Shown piece by piece: positions 54,670 to 64,000 of a DNA stretch of 64,000 bases (the stretch's first letter is position 1; the number at the start of each line of letters is the position of its first letter). Below the pieces are notes generated by a model. The model did no database searches, was not told the DNA's origin, and saw only the letters and a program-made list of their open reading frames with translations. The DNA comes from Bacteroidales bacterium (GTDB taxonomy: Bacteria; Bacteroidota; Bacteroidia; Bacteroidales; UBA932). Position numbers and translations under genes: made by a program. Where the stretch lies: the NCBI GenBank assembly GCA_017412645.1, contig JAFPWX010000023.1:3770-67769 (forward strand), read 5' to 3'.

Positions 54670-55557
54670 ATGGCGGAGCTCCTCACATCGGCGCAGAACC
54701 CCAAATTCAAGCGCCTGGTCGCCCTGCGTGAAAAGTCGCGGTTACGCCGCGACGAGGGCGTGTTTGTGGTGGAGGGACGCCGCGAACTGGAGCACTGCGT
54801 GGAGGCGGGGTTCGAGGTGGAGACGGTGTTCGTGTGCCCGGAGATAGCCGACTCCGCTGCGGGGGCTACTCCCCCTTCGGGAGTTCGTCCTTCGGACTCA
54901 CCCCACCACCCCTCCGGGGCGGTCCCCCCGCTTCCGTGCCGCGGGTGTTACGTCCCTCAGGGGGAGTACCCCCGCAGCTTAGGGCCCAAAACCTTCGAAC
55001 TGAGCAAGGAATTGTATGCCAAGGTGGCTTACAGGGAGGGAACGGAAGGAGTGATGGCGATTGTTAAGAGCCGCGAGCTGCGGCTGGATGAGCTGCAGTT
55101 AGGCGACAAGCCGCTGGTAATGGTGCTGGAAGGAGTGGAGAAACCCGGCAACCTCGGGGCGGTTCTGAGGAGTGCCGACGCGGCCGGGGCAGACGCCGTG
55201 ATCGTCTGCGACCCGCTTACCGACCTCTGGAACCCCAATCTAATCCGCGCCAGCATCGGAGCGGTGTTCACCGTGCCCACCGTATGCTGCTCTTCGGCCG
55301 AGGCCATCGCGTGGCTGAAGGCACGCGGGATACGCATCCTCACCGCCCAGCTGCAGGATTCGTCCGTCTATTACGACGCCGACATGACAGGCCCCACCGC
55401 CATCGTGATGGGCACCGAAGCCACCGGTCTCACAGATCCCTGGCGCCAGGCCGCCGATGCCCACGTGCTTATACCGATGCTGGGCCGTCTGGACTCGCTG
55501 AACGTGAGCGTCTCCGCCGCCATTCTCCTGTATGAGGCAGTCCGGCAGAGGCAGTAG
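54670..55557 (+). CDS. TrmH/SpoU-family RNA 2'-O-methyltransferase with a 41-aa in-frame insertion
   Basis: EKPGNLGAVLRSA, VMGTEATGL, IPMLGRLDSLNVSVSA. Confidence 0.92.
   Translation: MAELLTSAQNPKFKRLVALREKSRLRRDEGVFVVEGRRELEHCVEAGFEVETVFVCPEIADSAAGATPPSGVRPSDSPHHPSGAVPPLPCRGCYVPQGEYPRSLGPKTFELSKELYAKVAYREGTEGVMAIVKSRELRLDELQLGDKPLVMVLEGVEKPGNLGAVLRSADAAGADAVIVCDPLTDLWNPNLIRASIGAVFTVPTVCCSSAEAIAWLKARGIRILTAQLQDSSVYYDADMTGPTAIVMGTEATGLTDPWRQAADAHVLIPMLGRLDSLNVSVSAAILLYEAVRQRQ
54856..54978 (+). mobile_element. Palindromic MITE/RPE-like element inserted in frame in the TrmH gene
   Basis: Arms GCTGCGGGGGCTACTCCCCCT (54856-76) and AGGGGGAGTACCCCCGCAGC (54959-78) pair perfectly apart from one bulge; 123 nt = 41 codons on codon boundaries; inner GTCC-TTCG-GAC hairpin. 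Confidence 0.8.
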
Positions 55558-55601
55558 AGGTATTGACATTACGATTTTTATTTGATAACTTTGTAAGTTG
55601 C

Positions 55602-57332
55602 ATGGAAGCAAAGTGGAACATAGCACCTGAACCTAATCCCGAAAAGGTTACCGCCCTTTCGCTGGCGCTCGGAATCGACCGGGTCCTGGCTCAGTTGCTG
55701 GTGCAGCGCGGCATCGAGACCTTCGAACAGGCGCGCAAGTTCTTCCGGCCCAGCCTGGAAGACCTCCACGACCCCTTCCTCATGAAAGACCTCGACGTCG
55801 CCGTTGAAAGGCTCCACAAAGCCATCGTCTCCGGAGAAAAAATTCTCGTATACGGCGACTACGACGTGGACGGCACCACCGCCGTTTCACTGGTTTACTC
55901 CTTCATCAAAAGGTACTCCGCCGACGTCGACTTTTATATTCCCGACCGCTACGACGAAGGCTACGGTCTCTCGGTCAAGGGTATAGAAACCGCCGAGAAG
56001 GGTGGCTACACCCTCATCATCACGCTGGACTGCGGCATCAAGGCCATTCAGAAGATCGGCCTCGCCAAGGAGAAGGGCATCGACGTCATCGTCTGCGACC
56101 ACCATCTTCCCGAAGAGGAATTACCCCCCGCAGTGGCGGTGCTGGACCCCAAGCGCTCGGACGACAGCTATCCCTTCGACGACCTCTGCGGCTGCGGAGT
56201 GGGTTTCAAGCTGGTGCAGGGCTATTCCCAGAAATATGGCATCCCGTTCGATACGCTGGTACCGCTGCTGGATCTATGCGCCGTGAGCATCGCCTCGGAC
56301 CTGGTGCTCATGACAGGCGAAAACCGCATCCTCGCCCACTACGGACTCAAGACCCTCAACGAGAATCCCCGCAACGGATTCAGGGCGCTGATGAACCTGA
56401 GCAATCTGGAGCCGGGGCATGTGAGCATCGACGATATAGTGTTCAAACTGGGCCCCCGCATCAACGCCGCCGGCCGAATGGAGAGCGGACGCCTCGCAGT
56501 GGAACTGCTCACAGCCGAAGAGCAGGGGCAGGCCATGATCATCGCCCAGAGAATCAACGAAAACAATAACAACCGCAAGAATATCGACCGCGAAATCACG
56601 GCCGAAGCACTCGAAATGGTGGAGAGCGGCAAGGCTCTCGCCAGCGAGAACGCAACCATAGTGTACAGCCCCGAGTGGAACAAGGGCGTGGTGGGTATCG
56701 TGGCGTCGCGCCTCGTGGAGGCTTTCTACAAGCCCACGGTGGTGCTCACCAGGAGCAATGGATTCATCACCGGTTCCGCCCGCAGCGTACAGGGCTTCGA
56801 CCTCTATTCCGCCATCGAGAGCTGCGCGGACCTTCTGGAGAACTTTGGCGGGCACATGTATGCCGCCGGCCTCACCATGAAGGAAGAGAATCTGCCCGAA
56901 TTCGCCCGCCGCATGAACTCCTTCGTGTCGGGCAAGGTCTCCGAAGAGATGCTGGTTCCGGTGGTCGACATCGACGCCCGTCTGGGGTTTGAGGCCATCA
57001 CTCCCAAATTCTCCCGCCTGCTCAAGCAGTTCCAGCCTTTCGGCCCCGGCAACACCAACCCGGTGTTCCTCACCGAGAACGTTTACGATTCCGGAAACGG
57101 CCGCAAGGTGGGCGCCGGCGGGGTGCATCTCAAGCTGGACCTCGTGCTGGAAAGCCAGCCCTATCATCGCATTCCGGCCATAGGCTTCAACATGAGCGAG
57201 TACTACGACTACATCCGCGAAGGCAACGCCATGGATGTGTGCTACAGCATCGTGGAGAATTACTATAAGGGCTCTTCCAGCCTTCAGCTGCGTCTGCGCG
57301 ACATACGCAAGCGCGACGATATGGACCTTTAA
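55602..57332 (+). CDS. recJ: ssDNA-specific exonuclease RecJ
   Basis: YGDYDVDG, PDRYDEGYG, DHH, PRINAAGR, GGHMYAAG; TAACTTTG at 55586. Confidence 0.95.
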   Translation: MEAKWNIAPEPNPEKVTALSLALGIDRVLAQLLVQRGIETFEQARKFFRPSLEDLHDPFLMKDLDVAVERLHKAIVSGEKILVYGDYDVDGTTAVSLVYSFIKRYSADVDFYIPDRYDEGYGLSVKGIETAEKGGYTLIITLDCGIKAIQKIGLAKEKGIDVIVCDHHLPEEELPPAVAVLDPKRSDDSYPFDDLCGCGVGFKLVQGYSQKYGIPFDTLVPLLDLCAVSIASDLVLMTGENRILAHYGLKTLNENPRNGFRALMNLSNLEPGHVSIDDIVFKLGPRINAAGRMESGRLAVELLTAEEQGQAMIIAQRINENNNNRKNIDREITAEALEMVESGKALASENATIVYSPEWNKGVVGIVASRLVEAFYKPTVVLTRSNGFITGSARSVQGFDLYSAIESCADLLENFGGHMYAAGLTMKEENLPEFARRMNSFVSGKVSEEMLVPVVDIDARLGFEAITPKFSRLLKQFQPFGPGNTNPVFLTENVYDSGNGRKVGAGGVHLKLDLVLESQPYHRIPAIGFNMSEYYDYIREGNAMDVCYSIVENYYKGSSSLQLRLRDIRKRDDMDL

Positions 57333-57342
57333 TTTCCCCGTT

Positions 57343-58056
57343 TTGGTCAGATTCGGACTCATAGGACACCCGCTTACCGGCTCGGGCAGTCCCGCGCTGT
57401 TCGCTAAGGCTTACGGCGGCCGCTGGCCCTATGATCTGATCGACTGCGCTTCTTTTGATGAGGCTTGGGAGCATTTCCTTGCCGACTATCAGGCTGTGAA
57501 TGTGACCGCGCCATTCAAGCGGTCCGCCTACGAGCGCGTGGCTGCTTGCGGCCGGCTCTCGGAAGAGGCGCTCGCGGTCGGGGCGGTGAATATTGTGGTG
57601 AAGGAAGAGGGCTTCGGACTGGCGGGCTACAACTCCGACTATCTGGGCGTGCGCGCCCTGCTGGAGGACGAAGGATTCGGACGGGGCGACGTTGCCGTAG
57701 TGGCGGGATTTGGAGGAGCCGGAAGGGCCGCCGCGGCGGCGGCCAGTTCGCTGAGGATGGACGTGGTCGTCTGCAACCGCAGCCCTCATCCCGGCACCAG
57801 ACCGCTTTCCGAACTGCCGGTCCTTGCAGGTGTGGCCGACATCCTCATTTATACCCTACCTGTCGCAGTGCCCGAAGCGGCTGAATTGCTGGCCGCCGCT
57901 GAAAAGGGTGGGCGCGTCCCCGTCGTCCTGGAAGCGAACTACCACTCCCCATGCATGGAAGGCGCCGCCGAGCGCTATATTTCCGGCAGACGCTGGCTAC
58001 TTGAGCAGGCCCGCGCGGGATATCAATTGATGACTGGTGAAAAACCCGTTTTATAG
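57343..58056 (+). CDS. aroE: Shikimate dehydrogenase (compact form)
   Basis: FGLIGHPL..SGSP, NVTAPFK, GAVN, NSD, GFGGAG, WLLEQA; TTG start inferred. Confidence 0.82.
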   Translation: MVRFGLIGHPLTGSGSPALFAKAYGGRWPYDLIDCASFDEAWEHFLADYQAVNVTAPFKRSAYERVAACGRLSEEALAVGAVNIVVKEEGFGLAGYNSDYLGVRALLEDEGFGRGDVAVVAGFGGAGRAAAAAASSLRMDVVVCNRSPHPGTRPLSELPVLAGVADILIYTLPVAVPEAAELLAAAEKGGRVPVVLEANYHSPCMEGAAERYISGRRWLLEQARAGYQLMTGEKPVL

Positions 58057-58093
58057 TGTTTCGTAATATTTCGATTTTGATTATTTTTGTACC

Positions 58094-58894
58094 ATGAAAG
58101 TTATAATCAGAGACACAGCACATGAGGCATCCCTTTGGGTTGCCCATCGCATTGCAGCCGCCATCAAGGCCAAGGCTGCCGTTACCGACAAGCCGTTCGT
58201 ACTCGGCCTTTGTACCGGTGGCACTCCCATCGAAACCTACGCCGAACTCGCAAGAATGGTCAAGGCCGGAGAACTCAGTTTCAAGAACGTCATTTCCTTC
58301 AACATGGACGAATATGTGGGCCTTCCCGTGGAGCATCCCGAGAGCTACCATTCCTTCATGTTCCGCAACCTCTTCGACCATATCGACGAGCCGCGCGAAA
58401 ACATACACATCCTCAACGGCCTGGCCAAGGACCTCGATGCTGAATGCGAGGCTTATGAAAAGGCCATCGACGCCACGGGCGGATTCGACCTCTTTTTCGG
58501 GGGTATAGGCGAAGACGGGCACATCGCTTTCAACGAACCTTTCAGCAGCCTCAAGAGCCGCACTCGCGTGGTCACTCTCACGGAAGACACCATCCGCGTG
58601 AACAGCCGCTTCTTCGGGGGCGATGTGAACCAGGTTCCCAAACAGGCCCTTTCCGTAGGCGTTGCCACAGTGCTTGGCGCAAAGGAAGTGATAGTGCTGG
58701 CAACCGGTCCCAAGAAGGCCCGCGCCATCCAGCAGAGCATCGAGGGCCCGATGACCCACGTGGTTACCGTGAGCGCCCTTCAGGATCACCCCGACGGCAT
58801 TATCGTGGTAGACGAGCCCGCCGCCGGCGAACTCAAGGTGAACAGCTACCGCTACTTCAAGGCGGTGGAAGAGGCCGAGAACCGCGCAAAATAG
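58094..58894 (+). CDS. nagB: Glucosamine-6-phosphate deaminase
   Basis: GLCTGGTP, NMDEYVGL, GIGEDGHIAFNEP. Confidence 0.95.
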   Translation: MKVIIRDTAHEASLWVAHRIAAAIKAKAAVTDKPFVLGLCTGGTPIETYAELARMVKAGELSFKNVISFNMDEYVGLPVEHPESYHSFMFRNLFDHIDEPRENIHILNGLAKDLDAECEAYEKAIDATGGFDLFFGGIGEDGHIAFNEPFSSLKSRTRVVTLTEDTIRVNSRFFGGDVNQVPKQALSVGVATVLGAKEVIVLATGPKKARAIQQSIEGPMTHVVTVSALQDHPDGIIVVDEPAAGELKVNSYRYFKAVEEAENRAK

Positions 58895-58941
58895 CGGACG
58901 GTATTGCGGCCGGCTGGCGGTTGGTCGCATTTTCGCCCCAT

Positions 58942-58983
58942 AATGAAACTAACCCCGGGTTTTAGCCTGGGGTTAGTTTCATT
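58942..58983. terminator. Bidirectional terminator between convergent nagB and ssb
   Basis: AATGAAACTAACCCC / GGGGTTAGTTTCATT perfect 15-bp stem. Confidence 0.8.
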
Positions 58984-59006
58984 TTAGGCGTATTATGATA
59001 CCAGCC

Positions 59007-59573
59007 TTAGAACGGGAGATCGTCGCTTTCCGCGGGATTGTCCACCACGGGGGCGGCGGGCTCTGCTGCGGGAGCAGCGGGCTGGGGTGCACCTGCACTG
59101 GGCTGGGCTGCACCGGCATAAGAACCCTGGCTTCCTGCGTAGCCGCCACGGTTGTAGCCGCCCTGCTGGCCTCCGCCATAGCTCTGGCCGGCGGGAGCGC
59201 CGTAGTCTCCTTCTTCGGGAGCGCCGTCACGCTTGCCGAGAAGCTGAAGATTATCCACAGTGATTTCGGTAGTGTACTTCTTAACACCGTCCTGTCCCGT
59301 ATAGGAACGGGTGCGAAGGCGGCCTTCGATGAAGAGCTGCGTGCCCTTGCGGACGAATTTTTCGGCTACATCGGCCGACTGCCTCCAGGCGACGATGTTG
59401 TGCCACTCGGTGTTTTCACGGAGCTCGCCGCTGCGGTCGCGGTAGCGCTCGGAGGTGGCAAGGGTAAATGTTGCGACTTTAGTGCCGGCGCTGCCTGCGC
59501 CGTTCCCATCAAGGTAACGTACTTCGGGGTCTCTGCCAACGTTACCGATTAACATGACTTTGTTCAGACTCAT
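59007..59573 (-). CDS. ssb: Single-stranded DNA-binding protein
   Basis: LNKVMLIGNVGRDPEVRY, TEWHNIVAW, IEGRLRTR, C-terminal DDLPF. Confidence 0.96.
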   Translation of the reverse strand: MSLNKVMLIGNVGRDPEVRYLDGNGAGSAGTKVATFTLATSERYRDRSGELRENTEWHNIVAWRQSADVAEKFVRKGTQLFIEGRLRTRSYTGQDGVKKYTTEITVDNLQLLGKRDGAPEEGDYGAPAGQSYGGGQQGGYNRGGYAGSQGSYAGAAQPSAGAPQPAAPAAEPAAPVVDNPAESDDLPF

Positions 59574-59649
59574 AACAGTAGTATTTAGTAGACGCAAATA
59601 TAAACAAATTTCGTATCTTCGCAATTCGGAAAACAACAGTTTTAAAGAT

Positions 59650-61095
59650 ATGGCAGAAAAGATTAAAAAGCTGATGAACGACTACCCGGCGGCACGCTGG
59701 GCAGCCCTCATCCTCATCGCCCTCATGATGTTCTTCGGCTACATGTTCGTGGACGTCATGAGCCCGCTGCAGAGCCTCGTGGAGCAGCAGCGCGGCTGGA
59801 CTCCCCACGTGTTCGGCACCTATGCCGCGGCGGAGTACATCCTGAACGTGTGCGGTTTCCTCATCATCGCGGGTATAATCCTGGACAAGATGGGTATACG
59901 CTTCACCGGCATCCTTGCCGCAAGCATGATGTTCGTGGGTGCATCCATCAAGTTCATAGGCATATCGGAGTGGTTCCAGGGCACGGCGTTCAACGCCTGG
60001 CTCGGCAGCTGGTGGACGGCCCTTCCCGGCAGTGCCAAAATGGCAAGTCTGGGATTCATGATCTTCGGCTGCGGCTGTGAAATGGCCGGCACCACTGTTT
60101 CCAAGAGTATAGCCAAGTGGTTCAAGGGTAAGGAAATGGCCCTTGCCATGGGTATAGAAATGGCTATCGCCCGCGTGGGCGTGTTCGCCATCTTCAGCAT
60201 CAGCCCGGCCATCGCCGCCAAGTTCGGCACGGTTGCCGCCCCCGTGGGCTTCTGCACCGTGCTGCTCCTCATCGGAGTGATCAACTTCATCGCCTTCAGC
60301 GTGATGGATACCCGTTTCGACAAGCAGCTGGTCGCGGCCGGAAAGCTCAAAGCCAAGGAAGAGCGCAGCAGCGAAGACGAATTCCATCTTCGCGACCTGG
60401 GCGGCGTGTTCGGTAGCAAGAGCTTCTGGACCGTGGCCATCCTCTGCGTGCTCTACTACAGCGCCATCTTCCCGTTCCAGAGATACGGCGCCAATATGCT
60501 TCAGTGCAATATCGGCGACCTCTCTCCACAGCAGGCTGCCAACATCTTCCGCTGGTTCCCCATCGGCGCGGCCGTCATCACTCCGTTCCTCGGAGCCTTC
60601 CTGGATCACAAGGGCAAGGGCGCCACGATGCTCATCTGGGGTGCAGTGCTGCTCATAGTCTGCCACCTCGTGTTCGCGTTTGCACTTCCGGCAACCCACA
60701 GCAAGCTGCTGGCATACAGCACCATCGTGCTTCTGGGAATCAGCTTCGCCCTGGTGCCGGCAGCTCTCTGGCCCAGCGTCCCGAAGATCATCGACGAGAA
60801 GATACTCGGATCGGCATACAACCTCATCTTCTGGGTTCAGAATATCGGACTCTGCTTCGTTCCGCTCCTTATCGGCAGCGTGCTGGAGTCGTCAAACGCC
60901 TATAATCCTTCGGTGCTCAGCGCCAAGTGGAACGGGCTGGATTTCATTCCTTATAACTACACCGTTCCGCTCATCATCTTCGCATGCTTCGGTGTGGCTG
61001 CCCTCCTGGTGGCCGTTTACCTGAAGGCTCTGGATGCAAAGAAACATCTCGGCCTCGAGGAACCGAACATCAAGAAGGAAGAAGCCGCCGAGTAG
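59650..61095 (+). CDS. MFS transporter (paralog 1)
   Basis: About 12 TMs; GIILDKMGIR, KWFKGKEMALAMG, ALWPSVPK. Confidence 0.88.
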   Translation: MAEKIKKLMNDYPAARWAALILIALMMFFGYMFVDVMSPLQSLVEQQRGWTPHVFGTYAAAEYILNVCGFLIIAGIILDKMGIRFTGILAASMMFVGASIKFIGISEWFQGTAFNAWLGSWWTALPGSAKMASLGFMIFGCGCEMAGTTVSKSIAKWFKGKEMALAMGIEMAIARVGVFAIFSISPAIAAKFGTVAAPVGFCTVLLLIGVINFIAFSVMDTRFDKQLVAAGKLKAKEERSSEDEFHLRDLGGVFGSKSFWTVAILCVLYYSAIFPFQRYGANMLQCNIGDLSPQQAANIFRWFPIGAAVITPFLGAFLDHKGKGATMLIWGAVLLIVCHLVFAFALPATHSKLLAYSTIVLLGISFALVPAALWPSVPKIIDEKILGSAYNLIFWVQNIGLCFVPLLIGSVLESSNAYNPSVLSAKWNGLDFIPYNYTVPLIIFACFGVAALLVAVYLKALDAKKHLGLEEPNIKKEEAAE

Positions 61096-61100
61096 TTCCG

Positions 61101-62501
61101 ATGGCAGGCAAGCTCAAGATTACAGGCAGCGCCGCGGCATGGATAGCCCTGGCGCTGCTTGTCGTTCCCATGTTCGGGTCGTACTTCTTCGACGACATGT
61201 TCAGTACGGTCTCGAACATTTTCAATGACCCGTCCGCTCTTCAGCTCGGCTGGGGGCAGGACGAATACGGCAAGTATACTTCCGGTTATTCCATCCTTTG
61301 CATTTTCGGAGGTCTGGTGCTCTGCGGCATGCTGCTCGACCGCTGGGGTGTGCGTATCACCGGTTCCATCTTCGTGGGACTCATGGTGGCAGGTGCCGGC
61401 ATGGTCACCTGGGCGCTGGTTTCCGGACTTCCGGCGGCGCAGTCCCTGAACGTGGCATGGGCTGGATGTATGGTCTTTGGCTTGGGCTCGGAGATTGCCG
61501 GCGTGGCTGTCACGCGAAGCATAGCCAAGTGGTTCAAGGGTCGTAATATGGCCTTTGCCATGGGGCTCCAGTTGGCAATAGCCCGCCTCGGCACCGCCAC
61601 GGCCTTCCTGCTTTCGCCTGTGCTCATTCAGCAGAAGGATCTTTATACTCTTGCCGAAACCGCACGTCCGGCCTTTTTCGGCATGATGCTGCTCTTTGTG
61701 GGAGCCATCTTCTGGGCCGTGTTCGTGGCGATGGACGCCCGTTTTGACAGAGAATCCCGACGACTCGCCGCCGGGGAGGGCCCTGTCAAAAATGGCGAAA
61801 ATGACGGGGCTCCATCCAACGAGCAGTTCCGTTTCCGGGATGTACTAAAGGTCCTGGGCAATCCCAACTGGTGGCTACTGGCGCTGCTTTGCGTATTCTT
61901 CTACAGCAGCATCGTCGCGTTCAAGAAATTCACCGGAGCCATTCTGGTTCCGCGCTTTGGCGTGTCGGCCGGGATAGCCGGTCTGATGGCAACCATACTC
62001 CCGTTCTCCACAGTGGTGTTCGCTCCGCTCTTCGGCCTTATGGTCGACCGCCGCGGCCATGGCACCCGCTGGATGGTGTTCGGTGCCGTCCTGGCCCTGG
62101 CCGCCCATCTGGTACTGGCCTTCGCACCTTCGGGAAGTCCGTTCTGGGGATACGCAGCGATGATCCTGCTCGGGTTCAGCTACTCGCTGGTGCCCGCGGC
62201 TCTCTGGCCCAGTGTTCCCAAGGTCATTCCCGACCGCATGCTAGGCACCGCCTTTGCGCTCATCTACTGGGTGCAGAACCTCGGCCTGTGGGGATTCAAG
62301 CGTTTCGCCGGAAGGATACTGGAATCGACGCACGGCTCGGTGAACGCCGCTGATGCCGCCAGCAATCTCGGCAACTCTCCTCTTCTGAACGTCGAACTGA
62401 TGTTCCTCGCTGTGTGCGTGGCGGCCCTGGTGTTGGCATTTCTCTTCGCGGCATCTTCCCGCCGTCACCCTGAACTCGCCCTGGACAAAGCCAACAAGTA
62501 G
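61101..62501 (+). CDS. MFS transporter (paralog 2)
   Basis: GMLLDRWGVR, KWFKGRNMAFAMG, ALWPSVPK. Confidence 0.88.
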   Translation: MAGKLKITGSAAAWIALALLVVPMFGSYFFDDMFSTVSNIFNDPSALQLGWGQDEYGKYTSGYSILCIFGGLVLCGMLLDRWGVRITGSIFVGLMVAGAGMVTWALVSGLPAAQSLNVAWAGCMVFGLGSEIAGVAVTRSIAKWFKGRNMAFAMGLQLAIARLGTATAFLLSPVLIQQKDLYTLAETARPAFFGMMLLFVGAIFWAVFVAMDARFDRESRRLAAGEGPVKNGENDGAPSNEQFRFRDVLKVLGNPNWWLLALLCVFFYSSIVAFKKFTGAILVPRFGVSAGIAGLMATILPFSTVVFAPLFGLMVDRRGHGTRWMVFGAVLALAAHLVLAFAPSGSPFWGYAAMILLGFSYSLVPAALWPSVPKVIPDRMLGTAFALIYWVQNLGLWGFKRFAGRILESTHGSVNAADAASNLGNSPLLNVELMFLAVCVAALVLAFLFAASSRRHPELALDKANK

Positions 62502-62505
62502 TCGC

Positions 62506-62534
62506 GACCTGTCGGCCTGTAGCCGGACAGGTGC
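62506..62534. repeat. 29-bp REP-like palindrome, copy 2
   Basis: Identical to 45517-45545. Confidence 0.85.
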
Positions 62535-62568
62535 CGGGGGTGGAGGATTTTTACTATCTTTGTACGAT

Positions 62569-64000
<1,432 letters not shown>

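Overview
A GC-rich (about 60% by eye) Bacteroidota/Bacteroidales core-genome window. The assignment rests on recurrent TAnnTTTG sigma-A promoter boxes, A-rich translation starts that mostly lack Shine-Dalgarno sites, the Bat operon and two ExbBD/TonB loci. It holds about 63 CDS (mostly housekeeping: queA, asnS, udk, dut, typA, rpmF, pncB, truA, era, parC, aroK, lysS, recJ, aroE, nagB, ssb, partial dxs), tRNA-Ser(CGA) and tRNA-Arg(CCT). No transposase, integrase, prophage or CRISPR array is visible. The most striking signal is a set of palindromic DNA elements sitting in frame inside protein-coding genes. One of about 168 bp is in truA and one of 123 bp is in a TrmH/SpoU methyltransferase; the two share architecture (21-24 bp terminal stem with a one-base bulge in the 5' arm) and short sequence motifs. 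A weaker 90 bp candidate lies in an RsmF/NOP2 methyltransferase. All three hosts are RNA-modification enzymes and all three ORFs stay open, which resembles Rickettsia palindromic elements. Other notes: an identical 29-bp REP-like palindrome after two stop codons, a lower-GC GH3 gene beside a structured tRNA-Ser trailer, a BatD-BatE fusion, three tandem lower-GC lipoproteins, an SDR gene whose ATG is out of frame by one G in a G6 run, and several apparently leaderless promoters.
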